Of a stretch of DNA of 64,000 nt, positions 9,968-18,584 are shown one piece after another; position 1 is the first letter of the stretch, and each line of letters opens with the position of its first letter. The stretch is taken from assembly GCA_902576785.1 (NCBI GenBank), contig CACGWC010000004.1, forward strand, positions 16,340-80,339, given 5' to 3'. Both the position numbers and the translations under genes were made by a program. The notes beneath the pieces were generated by a model, which saw only the letters and a list, made by a program, of their open reading frames with translations, was not told where the DNA came from and did no database searches. The DNA is from an uncultured Pelagibacteraceae bacterium (GTDB lineage Bacteria > Pseudomonadota > Alphaproteobacteria > Pelagibacterales > Pelagibacteraceae).

Positions 9968-10498
9968 TTAGGGGTAAAGATCTATTGGACAATAACTAAT
10001 ATATGATAGATTATTTTTGTAGTCACCTGTGCATGGTAATTCTGTACAAGTATGAATATGAAGAATACCAATTTTTCCACTGTGTGGGCCTTGAGGATCT
10101 ACTATAACATAACCTAAATCTCTAGCTTTACCCCATCCACTGTCTGTTACACCAATATCACCAAGACTACCTTGGCTACCATATGGATTTTTAAATTTAT
10201 CCTTTGCAGCTTTTACTATAGCCTGAGTAATTTTTCCCATAGGATTACCTCCTGATCTATAATCAGACAAGATTGATGAAGCCGTTATATTGCCATCAAA
10301 CATACTATCAATTCCTAACTCAATTTTTTTTGTTTCTGCCATAACCCATTTGCAAACAGCACTATGATTAGACTTGGTTGAAGATTTTTTTGCTCCACTT
10401 GTATAACCGCTATAAGCAACAACACCTACGGCAGCTAAGATACCAATGATTGCTACTACGACTAAAAGTTCTATTAGGGTGAAGCCTTTATTTTTCAT
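9968..10498 (-). CDS. Type IV pilin-like protein with prepilin N-terminal methylation motif
   Basis: KGFTLIELLVVVAIIGILAAVG. Confidence 0.9.
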   Translation of the reverse strand: MKNKGFTLIELLVVVAIIGILAAVGVVAYSGYTSGAKKSSTKSNHSAVCKWVMAETKKIELGIDSMFDGNITASSILSDYRSGGNPMGKITQAIVKAAKDKFKNPYGSQGSLGDIGVTDSGWGKARDLGYVIVDPQGPHSGKIGILHIHTCTELPCTGDYKNNLSYISYCPIDLYP

Positions 10499-11037
10499 TT
10501 TTTATTTCTTTTATAATTTTCCATCCATTTTTTAAAAATAATTATAGCATCATTCATGTCGTTTGTTTTATTTGGATGATTTTTTGCCCTACCTAGCATG
10601 GTTGCAATAACATTTACTTGATATTTTATTGGTCTTTTTTTTATAGCTGAAACAGTAAATAATGCTTTTTCCTTATCTTTAAAACCTAAACCTTTTAAGG
10701 TTGTCTCTGGTTTATAATCTGAAAATAAAGAGAGATTTAATGGTTTAAATTTTTTATCTTTGATTAGTTTATTCATTGGCATTTTATCGACTATTTCAAA
10801 GATTTTTTTTGTATATGTTTTATCAAACTCAATTTTTATTGTGCCATCAAAACCAATTAAAGTAACTTTAAATTTTTTTGATTTATCTAATTTTGTAACT
10901 AATTTTATATATCTTTTGTGAAAAGCTTTAATTTCTTTTTGATACAAATCTTTTGATCTTTTATATTCTGAATGATTGTAATTAGGCGTATTGAGGACTA
11001 GCAATCTACATTTCCATAGATATTTTTTAAAACTCAT
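10495..11037 (-). CDS. DUF4174-like domain fused to an uncharacterised basic C-terminal domain
   Basis: N-terminal Y.WK.RLLV...F.V.LIG.DG..K...IF..VDKMPM resembles DUF4174. Confidence 0.6.
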   Translation of the reverse strand: MSFKKYLWKCRLLVLNTPNYNHSEYKRSKDLYQKEIKAFHKRYIKLVTKLDKSKKFKVTLIGFDGTIKIEFDKTYTKKIFEIVDKMPMNKLIKDKKFKPLNLSLFSDYKPETTLKGLGFKDKEKALFTVSAIKKRPIKYQVNVIATMLGRAKNHPNKTNDMNDAIIIFKKWMENYKRNKK

Positions 11038-11045
11038 TAAAAATA

Positions 11046-13637
11046 TTAATTGTAAATTTTGTCTCTTACAAGCTTACTTAATAAACTATATCCAAGTTCA
11101 TTCATATGTAGTGGATCTTCATCATAAAACTTATCATAACCAGCATTTATCATTGGTGTTGTAATATCAACATAATCCCACATTTTTAAATTGGTTAAGT
11201 GTTTTTTTATCTTTGAATTCGCATCTAAAATTGTTGTCATAAGATCTCTCCTAAAAGGACTGGGTTTAATAGATATAAAAAAACATTTTGCTCTTGGTAG
11301 TTTTTCTTCAACTTGATTAGAAAATAATAAAAATTCTTTTAACAATTCATCGCTATCCATTCCATAACCGATGTCATTATCTCCGGCATAAAAGAAAAGA
11401 TTAGATGGGTTTAAAGGAGCAACCAATCTATCAAAATATCTTCTACAAGAGACTAAAGTTGAACCCCCAAAGCCTAAATTATAAAGATTATTTATTGATA
11501 AATCGTTTTTGGCATTATCCCACAATTTAAAAGTTGAACTTCCATACAAGGCAACACTGTTATTTGTTTTCGTCTGTTGAAAGGAATTATGTTCTAATTC
11601 TCTAACATCTAATTCAAACTCTTCTTCAACTGGACTGACTAAATTTACGTTAGTTTTCAAATTCTCTATTTTATCTATGTTGTCTTGAATATTTTTAGCT
11701 AAATCAATAGCTTCTTCTACATAAGATCTAAATTCGGTTCTGTAATTTTCTAAAAAGTTTTTCATTTCCTCTTGATTTTCTGGATCTTTGACATGCTCAC
11801 TTATAGTTATTGGTTCCTTAATAACTGCAGAATATATTGTTTTAGAGACTGGATAATCAAAATTAGCAAGAGCAATTGGAATAAGTTTTGGTTTAGGATT
11901 AAGCTTAAATGCAAGATTAAATGCTCCAGCTTTAAATGGTCCTGGAGATGTTATTGTTTTGTTATCATCTGTTTCTGATGTTCCTTCAGGGGCAATTACA
12001 ATTGGTTGTTTTTGATTAAATACCTTTTGAGCTTCATCAAAAAGCTTTTGTTTTCTTATTTTCTTTTCTTCATCACTTTCATCCAACTTATCAGACTCTG
12101 GAGTATGAACAAAAATGTAATCTAAATTTTCATAGTAATTATATCTCCAAAATTCTGTGTTCCGACTTGTTCTAACGATACGTTGGCCTCCATCATTATA
12201 TTTTGGATGTAATATTTTTGAACTGATGAAATGACTATCGATTGAAAATGAATGCCCATTTGCAAGCTGATTATCATCTATCGCTGCTAAGTGATTGTAA
12301 AAAAAAATATTTGTTGGTTCATCTGGCAAATTTTCCCAACCCTTTATTACATATTTAACATTATCAAAAGCTTTGGTGAAATTTGAATTGGTTAACTCTC
12401 TTAATTTTTTTTTATCTGAGCTATTAGAAGAATTAGATACTCGATTATAAATAATATTTAATTGGCTGTGGAAACGAGACTCTCTTTCTAAATTATTTAA
12501 GGTATCTTTTATTAAACTAGATAATGATTTTTCTATCTCATTTCCTTTAATAAGTAGTTCGTAAACTACATCAAATGCCATTGCATATGTGTGAGTGCTC
12601 TTTAACAAGTGTGGAATACTATATAACTTAGAACTAGCAGGTATTCTTGCAGTATTATCTTTCAATAATAAATTAACAAATTCTAATTCGTTTTCCGCTG
12701 AATATTTTGTTAGACCAGTTGCACTTTGTTGGAAACGTCCTAGCTGCCACAATTGTCTTTTGAAAATCTTTATTGATAATTCAGGGTCAGAAATAATCAG
12801 ATTTTCAAGTGCTTCGTTAGAAATATGTAAAACTTTTGTATCCCTAGTAGATTTAATTGTATATGGATTAAAAAAATCACCTTTTCCTGAAGATAAAGTT
12901 AGAGCAATACCAGCTCTAGTTAGAGTTCTAAAATTTCTTCTTATTTTTCCATTAATAAAGTTATGGAATAAGCCATCAACTTTACCACTTAATAATATCT
13001 TTAAACCTTTAGAAACATCTCCCTCTTTAACTATATATTGATTTGATGAATACATCTTAATATTACCTAATTTAATAAACTTTTCTAAGTCATCATCAGT
13101 AAGTGTTGAAAAAAAAGTAGCAGATTTAATTCTATGTATATTTGTAATACTTTTTTCTGATGGGATGCCTGGAGAAATTTGTATTTCATCATCTTTATAC
13201 AAAGTGTTTAAATTTCTTGAAGAGACAAGCAGTTGGAAAGAAAAAAATGAAATGGCTGAGTATAATGTTGATATAAGTTTACTATTTTTTTGTTGTAAAT
13301 CTCTTAAATCATCTAGTTTTATCGAGATATATTCTGTTCCACCTTCAATAAATATTTCACCCATAAATCTATTGGGTTGATTAAGTCCAGATATACCTAA
13401 TGGTGTTGCAGGATTTGTTATTTTTGCAAAGGTTATGGATTTAGTTTCAAAATACTTGGTAAATGTAGCTTTGCCTTTAATTAAAAAATAAATGTTTTCT
13501 GAAATTTGATGCTGCTTTGCTAAAACTTCATCACTTTCAGCTATTATATGTTTTGATATTCCATCTATTAAATCAAAAGATTCTTTTAGATTGCCTAAAT
13601 CAAAGCCATTTTGCTGAAATAATTCAGATAATTTCAT
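11046..13637 (-). CDS. Multidomain protein: two cNMP-binding domains, PlsC-type acyltransferase, SGNH/GDSL hydrolase
   Basis: cNMP-like IYFLIKGK and IVKEGD..KGLKILLSGKV; acyltransferase FFYNHL, IAPEGTS, FKAGAF, IPIAL; SGNH blocks YGSST, GFGGST, YAGDND, DPLH. Confidence 0.75.
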   Translation of the reverse strand: MKLSELFQQNGFDLGNLKESFDLIDGISKHIIAESDEVLAKQHQISENIYFLIKGKATFTKYFETKSITFAKITNPATPLGISGLNQPNRFMGEIFIEGGTEYISIKLDDLRDLQQKNSKLISTLYSAISFFSFQLLVSSRNLNTLYKDDEIQISPGIPSEKSITNIHRIKSATFFSTLTDDDLEKFIKLGNIKMYSSNQYIVKEGDVSKGLKILLSGKVDGLFHNFINGKIRRNFRTLTRAGIALTLSSGKGDFFNPYTIKSTRDTKVLHISNEALENLIISDPELSIKIFKRQLWQLGRFQQSATGLTKYSAENELEFVNLLLKDNTARIPASSKLYSIPHLLKSTHTYAMAFDVVYELLIKGNEIEKSLSSLIKDTLNNLERESRFHSQLNIIYNRVSNSSNSSDKKKLRELTNSNFTKAFDNVKYVIKGWENLPDEPTNIFFYNHLAAIDDNQLANGHSFSIDSHFISSKILHPKYNDGGQRIVRTSRNTEFWRYNYYENLDYIFVHTPESDKLDESDEEKKIRKQKLFDEAQKVFNQKQPIVIAPEGTSETDDNKTITSPGPFKAGAFNLAFKLNPKPKLIPIALANFDYPVSKTIYSAVIKEPITISEHVKDPENQEEMKNFLENYRTEFRSYVEEAIDLAKNIQDNIDKIENLKTNVNLVSPVEEEFELDVRELEHNSFQQTKTNNSVALYGSSTFKLWDNAKNDLSINNLYNLGFGGSTLVSCRRYFDRLVAPLNPSNLFFYAGDNDIGYGMDSDELLKEFLLFSNQVEEKLPRAKCFFISIKPSPFRRDLMTTILDANSKIKKHLTNLKMWDYVDITTPMINAGYDKFYDEDPLHMNELGYSLLSKLVRDKIYN

Positions 13638-13748
13638 AAGTAAAATGAATAGATATACTTAATTTGAATTTATTGATTAAGAATAAATGCATATCTGGGT
13701 TGAAAAGTTATCAATAGTTTACCTAATTTTTTTTAGTATTTCGTAAGT

Positions 13749-13886
13749 GTGAAACGTAAATTAAAAAAAAATAAATCAACAAATAAATCTAAAACGCTGT
13801 CAAAAAAGCCAAAAGTAATAAACCCCACCTTTTTTTATTTTTATAATGAAAATGGAAAATTAGTTGGAATACCTTACGGTAATTAA
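13749..13886 (+). CDS. Possible small basic protein (45 aa)
   Basis: GTG-start ORF MKRKLKKNKSTNKSKTLSKKPKVINPTFFYFYNENGKLVGIPYGN ending just before the photolyase stop; no clear RBS. Confidence 0.3.
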   Translation: MKRKLKKNKSTNKSKTLSKKPKVINPTFFYFYNENGKLVGIPYGN

Positions 13887-13889
13887 ATT

Positions 13890-15347
13890 TTATCTTCTTT
13901 GAGATAAGCTCGCGTGTTTATTTAATACTTCAGCTGAAATAACTTTTGCTTCAGTTGTTTTCTTAACATTCCAGATTTTTTCTTTAGCTGTTTTTGTCGA
14001 TATTTTATTATCAACTATTGGTGATGGATAATCTTTACCAATTTTTAAATCTATTCCCTTTTGTTCAATGAATGTTAATTTCCATGGTTCATGAATTAAT
14101 TTTCCTGGAACATTTTTTAATTCTGGAACCCATTGTTTGATAAAATCTCCTGTAGGATCTTGATCAATTGATTGTTTAATTGGATTATAAATTCTTATTG
14201 AATTTATTCCTGTGGTTCCTGATTGCATTTGAAATTGTGAATAATGAATTCCTGGCTCATAATCGGTAAATAATTTTGCTAAATGTTTTGATGTTTTTTT
14301 CCAATCAAGCCATAATTGATAAGACGCAAATGAAACTAACATTGCTCTCATTCTAAAATTAATCCATCCATTGGTTCTGAGGTACCTCATGCAAGCATCA
14401 ACAAATGGATAACCAGTAGTTCCATTTTTCCATGCTAAATGATAATCTTCATTAAAATCATTTTCTCTTATTCCGTTATAAGCGCTATTCATATTTCTAA
14501 ATTCAATTTCTGGTTCATCATATAACTTTTGAATAAAATGGCAGTGCCAGGCTAACCTGCTTTTAAAAGCAATTAAGGATTTCTTTTTTGTAAAAGATAA
14601 ATTGGATTTTAACTTGTCGTTAGTTTTTTTAAAAATTTCTTTAATGGAAATATTTCCGAATGCAATATGAGGACTTAATCTAGAACAGGAAGTTTCTCCA
14701 GTTATCGGCGAAGACATTTCTTTTTGGTAATTTTCTGATCTGTCATTAAGAAAAGAATCTAAAAGTTGAAGTGCGTTTTGTCTTCCACCAATTTGAATTT
14801 TTCCATTTTCTAAATTGTTTGTTTCTACTTTCGATAAATCTTCTACATAATTATCTGAAATAAACTCACAATTTAAATTTGAATTAACGCTTTCACTATC
14901 TATAAATTTATTCCAATTATACGACCATTTATTTCTAATTCTATGATTTAGTTGAACGCCAAATTGATTTGATATTTTCCAATTAATATTTTTTTCTTTA
15001 AATAAAAAACTAACTTCTTTGTCTAAGTTAGTTATGTAAATGTTCTTGAATATTATATTTGAATAAACCTCATTTATTTTAAATTTATCAGTCAAATGAC
15101 TTAAAATTTCTAATGTATCTCCGTAATATATGTTAAGTTTAGAATTATATTTTTCACTTAGTGTTTTTTTCAAATCTTCTAATGATGATTTTAAAAAATC
15201 TAGATGGAATGAGCTTGATGTAGGTAATTTGTGATATTCTTTATCAAATATGTAAATTGGTAAAATCTTTCCTGATTTTACAGCCTCATTAAATGCATCA
15301 TTATTAGATACACGTAGATCGTTCCTGAACCATACGATTTTGTTCAT
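13890..15347 (-). CDS. DNA photolyase/cryptochrome family protein
   Basis: [58 protein letters not shown]. Confidence 0.92.
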   Translation of the reverse strand: MNKIVWFRNDLRVSNNDAFNEAVKSGKILPIYIFDKEYHKLPTSSSFHLDFLKSSLEDLKKTLSEKYNSKLNIYYGDTLEILSHLTDKFKINEVYSNIIFKNIYITNLDKEVSFLFKEKNINWKISNQFGVQLNHRIRNKWSYNWNKFIDSESVNSNLNCEFISDNYVEDLSKVETNNLENGKIQIGGRQNALQLLDSFLNDRSENYQKEMSSPITGETSCSRLSPHIAFGNISIKEIFKKTNDKLKSNLSFTKKKSLIAFKSRLAWHCHFIQKLYDEPEIEFRNMNSAYNGIRENDFNEDYHLAWKNGTTGYPFVDACMRYLRTNGWINFRMRAMLVSFASYQLWLDWKKTSKHLAKLFTDYEPGIHYSQFQMQSGTTGINSIRIYNPIKQSIDQDPTGDFIKQWVPELKNVPGKLIHEPWKLTFIEQKGIDLKIGKDYPSPIVDNKISTKTAKEKIWNVKKTTEAKVISAEVLNKHASLSQRR

Positions 15348-15356
15348 TTTAAATAA

Positions 15357-15548
15357 TTAAAGACTGATTTTGAAAGTTCTTGAAGTTTTGTCGTCTGATA
15401 CTTTTAAAATTTTAAATTTTGAAGTTTTTTCAAGCTTCTGTCCTTTGTTTGTAACAAAAGATTTCATTTTCTTAACTTCACCCTCAGGCATTTTTCTGGT
15501 GTACTTTAGAGTATGTTTTTTTGATCCAATAACGAATATTGTTTTCAT
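15357..15548 (-). CDS. Small basic hypothetical protein upstream of photolyase
   Basis: 63-aa ORF, co-oriented, 9 bp before the photolyase start. Confidence 0.6.
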   Translation of the reverse strand: MKTIFVIGSKKHTLKYTRKMPEGEVKKMKSFVTNKGQKLEKTSKFKILKVSDDKTSRTFKISL

Positions 15549-15649
15549 GAGATTTTAATTACAAATATATCTATTGTCTGTCTCTGTGACATAAGTTTCA
15601 TTTAAGAGTTTGGGAATATTTTGATTATTTTGATATCGAGAATCTACTA

Positions 15650-15800
15650 AAGAGATAGGTTGTATTCAAATAATATATTTATAAAAAATAGAAATAAATT
15701 TGTTGAATACAACCAACCTAAAACTTATTTTTATAAGTGAAGGAGGTGCAAATGCTTAGAATAACGCCACCTGACACTTAGCTGGTGAGATATCACATAT
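15650..15800 (-). ncRNA. Candidate structured RNA (leader or sRNA)
   Basis: 12-bp inverted repeat 15658-15669/15703-15714 plus three smaller hairpins and an anti-SD CACCUCCUU in an unusually long intergenic region. Confidence 0.4.
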
Positions 15801-15817
15801 TAAAAATAACACAAACT

Positions 15818-15836
15818 AAATCCATTTGATGGATTT
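15818..15836. promoter_or_regulatory. Perfect palindrome, candidate operator
   Basis: AAATCCAT-ttg-ATGGATTT, in the spacer of a possible minus-strand promoter (TTGGCC...TAGTTT). Confidence 0.45.
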
Positions 15837-15850
15837 GGCCAAAATGGCAT

Positions 15851-15899
15851 AAAAAAAGGGGAGCTCTTTTGGTAATAACCAATTGAGCTGACCCCTTTT
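15851..15899 (-). terminator. Rho-independent terminator after the aminotransferase
   Basis: Minus strand aaaagggg-tc-agctc...gagct-cccc followed by a T7 run. Confidence 0.7.
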
Positions 15900-17046
15900 A
15901 ATAATTTTTAGACATAAAATCTTTAATTCTCTTAGCACCTTCTATTATATCTTTTGTGCTTCTTGCATATGAGAATCGGATAGTAGAATTTCCTCTTTTT
16001 TGATCAAAATCAATTCCTGGGGTTATAGCAACATTTGCTTCATCTAAAACTTTTTTACAAAAAGCTAAGCTATCATTTGAATATTCTGAAATATCAACAT
16101 AGATGTAAAAAGCTCCATCAGGTGGTGAAAATTTTTTTAATCCTGCTTTCGGTAATTCTTCTAAAAGTATCTCTCTATTTTTTTTATATACCTCAACATT
16201 CGATTGTAACTCTTCATTTGCATCTAAAGAAGCAAGAGCTGTAACTTGACTTGCGTGTGGAGGACAAACAAACAAATTTTGTGAAAGTCTTTCTACTTGT
16301 CTGACATGATCTTCTGGTACAACCATCCACCCTATTCTCCAACCGGTCATGGAAAAGTATTTTGAAAAAGAATTAATTACATAGCAATTATCAGTTATCT
16401 CTAAAGCTGATGTTGGATTATTTTCATATTGAATTCCATGATAAATTTCATCACTAATGAAACTTACATTATTCTCATTTGCAGTGTAAATTAAATTCTC
16501 TAAAGATTGTTTATCCAGCATAGATCCAGTTGGATTTGCAGGTGATGCAACAAGAATTCCATTTAAATTATTATTTGCAATATCTTCTGGAACAGGTTGA
16601 AATCTATTTTGAAGTTTGGTTTGAATATCTACAGTTTCCAAACTTAGTGATTTAAGTATTTGTCTATAGCTAGGATAACTTGGAGATCCAATTCCAACTC
16701 TGTCTCCACTGTCAAACAATGCAGAAAACGATAATATAAAGGCTCCGGAAGACCCTGTTGTAACTACTATTCTATTTGGATTTAAATCTAAATTGTACCA
16801 ATCTCCATATAATTTTGAAATTTTTGTTCTTAAAGCTGGTAGACCAAGTGATACTGTGTAACCAAGATTATTTTTATTTATCTCATTTGTAATATAATCT
16901 TTCGCAATCTTAGGTGCTGGTGTTCCCGGCTGCCCTACCTCCATATGAATTATATCTTTACCTTTTTCTTCAGCAATTCTAGCAGACTCCATTACATCCA
17001 TTACAATAAATGGATCAACATCTGATCTTTTTGATTTTTTCATCAT
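15898..17046 (-). CDS. PLP-dependent aminotransferase class I/II (AspAT-like)
   Basis: PFIVMDV, SPANPTG, SDEIYHG, NSFSKYFSMTGWRIG, PDGAFY. Confidence 0.92.
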   Translation of the reverse strand: MMKKSKRSDVDPFIVMDVMESARIAEEKGKDIIHMEVGQPGTPAPKIAKDYITNEINKNNLGYTVSLGLPALRTKISKLYGDWYNLDLNPNRIVVTTGSSGAFILSFSALFDSGDRVGIGSPSYPSYRQILKSLSLETVDIQTKLQNRFQPVPEDIANNNLNGILVASPANPTGSMLDKQSLENLIYTANENNVSFISDEIYHGIQYENNPTSALEITDNCYVINSFSKYFSMTGWRIGWMVVPEDHVRQVERLSQNLFVCPPHASQVTALASLDANEELQSNVEVYKKNREILLEELPKAGLKKFSPPDGAFYIYVDISEYSNDSLAFCKKVLDEANVAITPGIDFDQKRGNSTIRFSYARSTKDIIEGAKRIKDFMSKNY

Positions 17047-17249
17047 TTTATTTGATCTTCACAAAATTTTTTAATTTGTTCATTTGATAATCTGTCTTCT
17101 TTAGCTTTTTTGGAATCTAATTCAGATTTTCCAATTATACATGCTTTAATAGTTTTGCTTCTATTAAAATCATTATAATAGTTAGTTGAGATGTAAAGAG
17201 CAATAATTCCTAATACTAAAAAAACTATAAGCTTTAAATTTTTTTTCAT
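17043..17249 (-). CDS. Small membrane-anchored hypothetical protein
   Basis: N-terminal TM helix, two Cys; translationally coupled to both neighbours. Confidence 0.6.
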   Translation of the reverse strand: MKKNLKLIVFLVLGIIALYISTNYYNDFNRSKTIKACIIGKSELDSKKAKEDRLSNEQIKKFCEDQIK

Positions 17250-18553
17250 TAAATTTCAGTTTGAGCTTTTATCCTTTCGTAAGCTAATCTAGTGTAAATT
17301 CCCAAATTTAAAAAGGGTTGTGGTGGTAACCAGTTTGGTTTTTTTCTTTGTTGTATTATTTCAATTTCATTAGATTGTTGATTAGAGGCCATTAAGGCTA
17401 TTTGTTCACCGAATAGTGTTCCTACTCCAATGCCAGATCCATTGTAACAGCCAGCGCTAAAAATATTATCATCAATTTTTTCAAATATTTGAGAGCTATT
17501 ACCACTTCTACATACAATTCCCGACCAACTGCTCTCTATTATATTATCAGGTAATTGTTTAAATCTTTTCTTGATGCCTTCTTTATGAATTACAGCTCTT
17601 TTATTTAATTCATTTCTATTCATTGAAAAAGGGTTTCTTAACTCTGCAGTATTTCTTATAAGTATTCTCCTATCTTTAGTCATTCTTATAGTAGCACCCA
17701 TTGGTCTTATAGGAAGAACACCCCACTCTTTTGGAGAACCTATATCTTTAAATTCTTTATCTGTGAGTTTTCTCGTGAGACTAGCAGTTAATGTGATTGG
17801 GAAACTATAATTTTTTTTTACATTAAAATATTTCAAAAAACCATTTGTGCAAAAAATAATTTTTTTAGTAGTTATTTTGTGCTTTTTTGTAAAACATTCA
17901 ATTTTGTTATTAATCTTTTTCCAATTATAAATTTGAGAATTTTCATATAATTTTACATTATCTGGCAATGTATCAACCATTGCTCTAGCTAATTTACCAG
18001 GGTTTAAAAGAATTCCTCCTGAGGTAAAAACTCCAATTTTATAAAAAGGCGTTCCCAATTTTTCAGTTAACTCTTTGTTAAATAAAATTTTATTTTTAAA
18101 ACCAAGACTATTTAATAATTTGCTGAACGATTGAGCTTTTGTCTCATCTTGCTCTTTAGAAGAAGCAAAATATTTTCCACATTCGTTCCAATCACAATCG
18201 ACCTGATATTCTTTTATAAATTTTCTAACAGCTTCTATACCCAAGTGATATATTTTTGTTTTTTTTACATAATTCTCTTTATCGCTGTTAGATGTAAAAC
18301 CATCATTTAATGTAGTATCAACTAGATAGCCTGAATTTCTTGAACTTCCACCCTCGCCCGCTAACTGTGCATCAATGAGAATAATTTTTTTATCTTTCAT
18401 TATATCTGAAAGTTTTCTAGCAGCTGATAATCCTGTATACCCAGCCCCTACAATTAAATAATCACAGTAAATGTCTTGATCTAGTAATTTAAAATTACTT
18501 CTTTCAGGAAGTTGTCTTGTCCATCCACAGAAATTGTCGTTTATTAAATCCAA
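17249..18553 (-). CDS. FAD-dependent oxidoreductase (DadA/PuuB family)
   Basis: IVGAGYTGLSAA, GGSSRNSG, LNPGKL, CTNG, GCYNGSG. Confidence 0.88.
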   Translation of the reverse strand: MDLINDNFCGWTRQLPERSNFKLLDQDIYCDYLIVGAGYTGLSAARKLSDIMKDKKIILIDAQLAGEGGSSRNSGYLVDTTLNDGFTSNSDKENYVKKTKIYHLGIEAVRKFIKEYQVDCDWNECGKYFASSKEQDETKAQSFSKLLNSLGFKNKILFNKELTEKLGTPFYKIGVFTSGGILLNPGKLARAMVDTLPDNVKLYENSQIYNWKKINNKIECFTKKHKITTKKIIFCTNGFLKYFNVKKNYSFPITLTASLTRKLTDKEFKDIGSPKEWGVLPIRPMGATIRMTKDRRILIRNTAELRNPFSMNRNELNKRAVIHKEGIKKRFKQLPDNIIESSWSGIVCRSGNSSQIFEKIDDNIFSAGCYNGSGIGVGTLFGEQIALMASNQQSNEIEIIQQRKKPNWLPPQPFLNLGIYTRLAYERIKAQTEI

Positions 18554-18584
18554 TAATTATTTTTATAATGAAATTTTACTAATC

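Noticed and set aside
15855-15897. tRNA D-arm-like string (agctcaattggt...agagc) on the minus strand
   Set aside because: No anticodon arm or T-arm; better explained as a terminator hairpin
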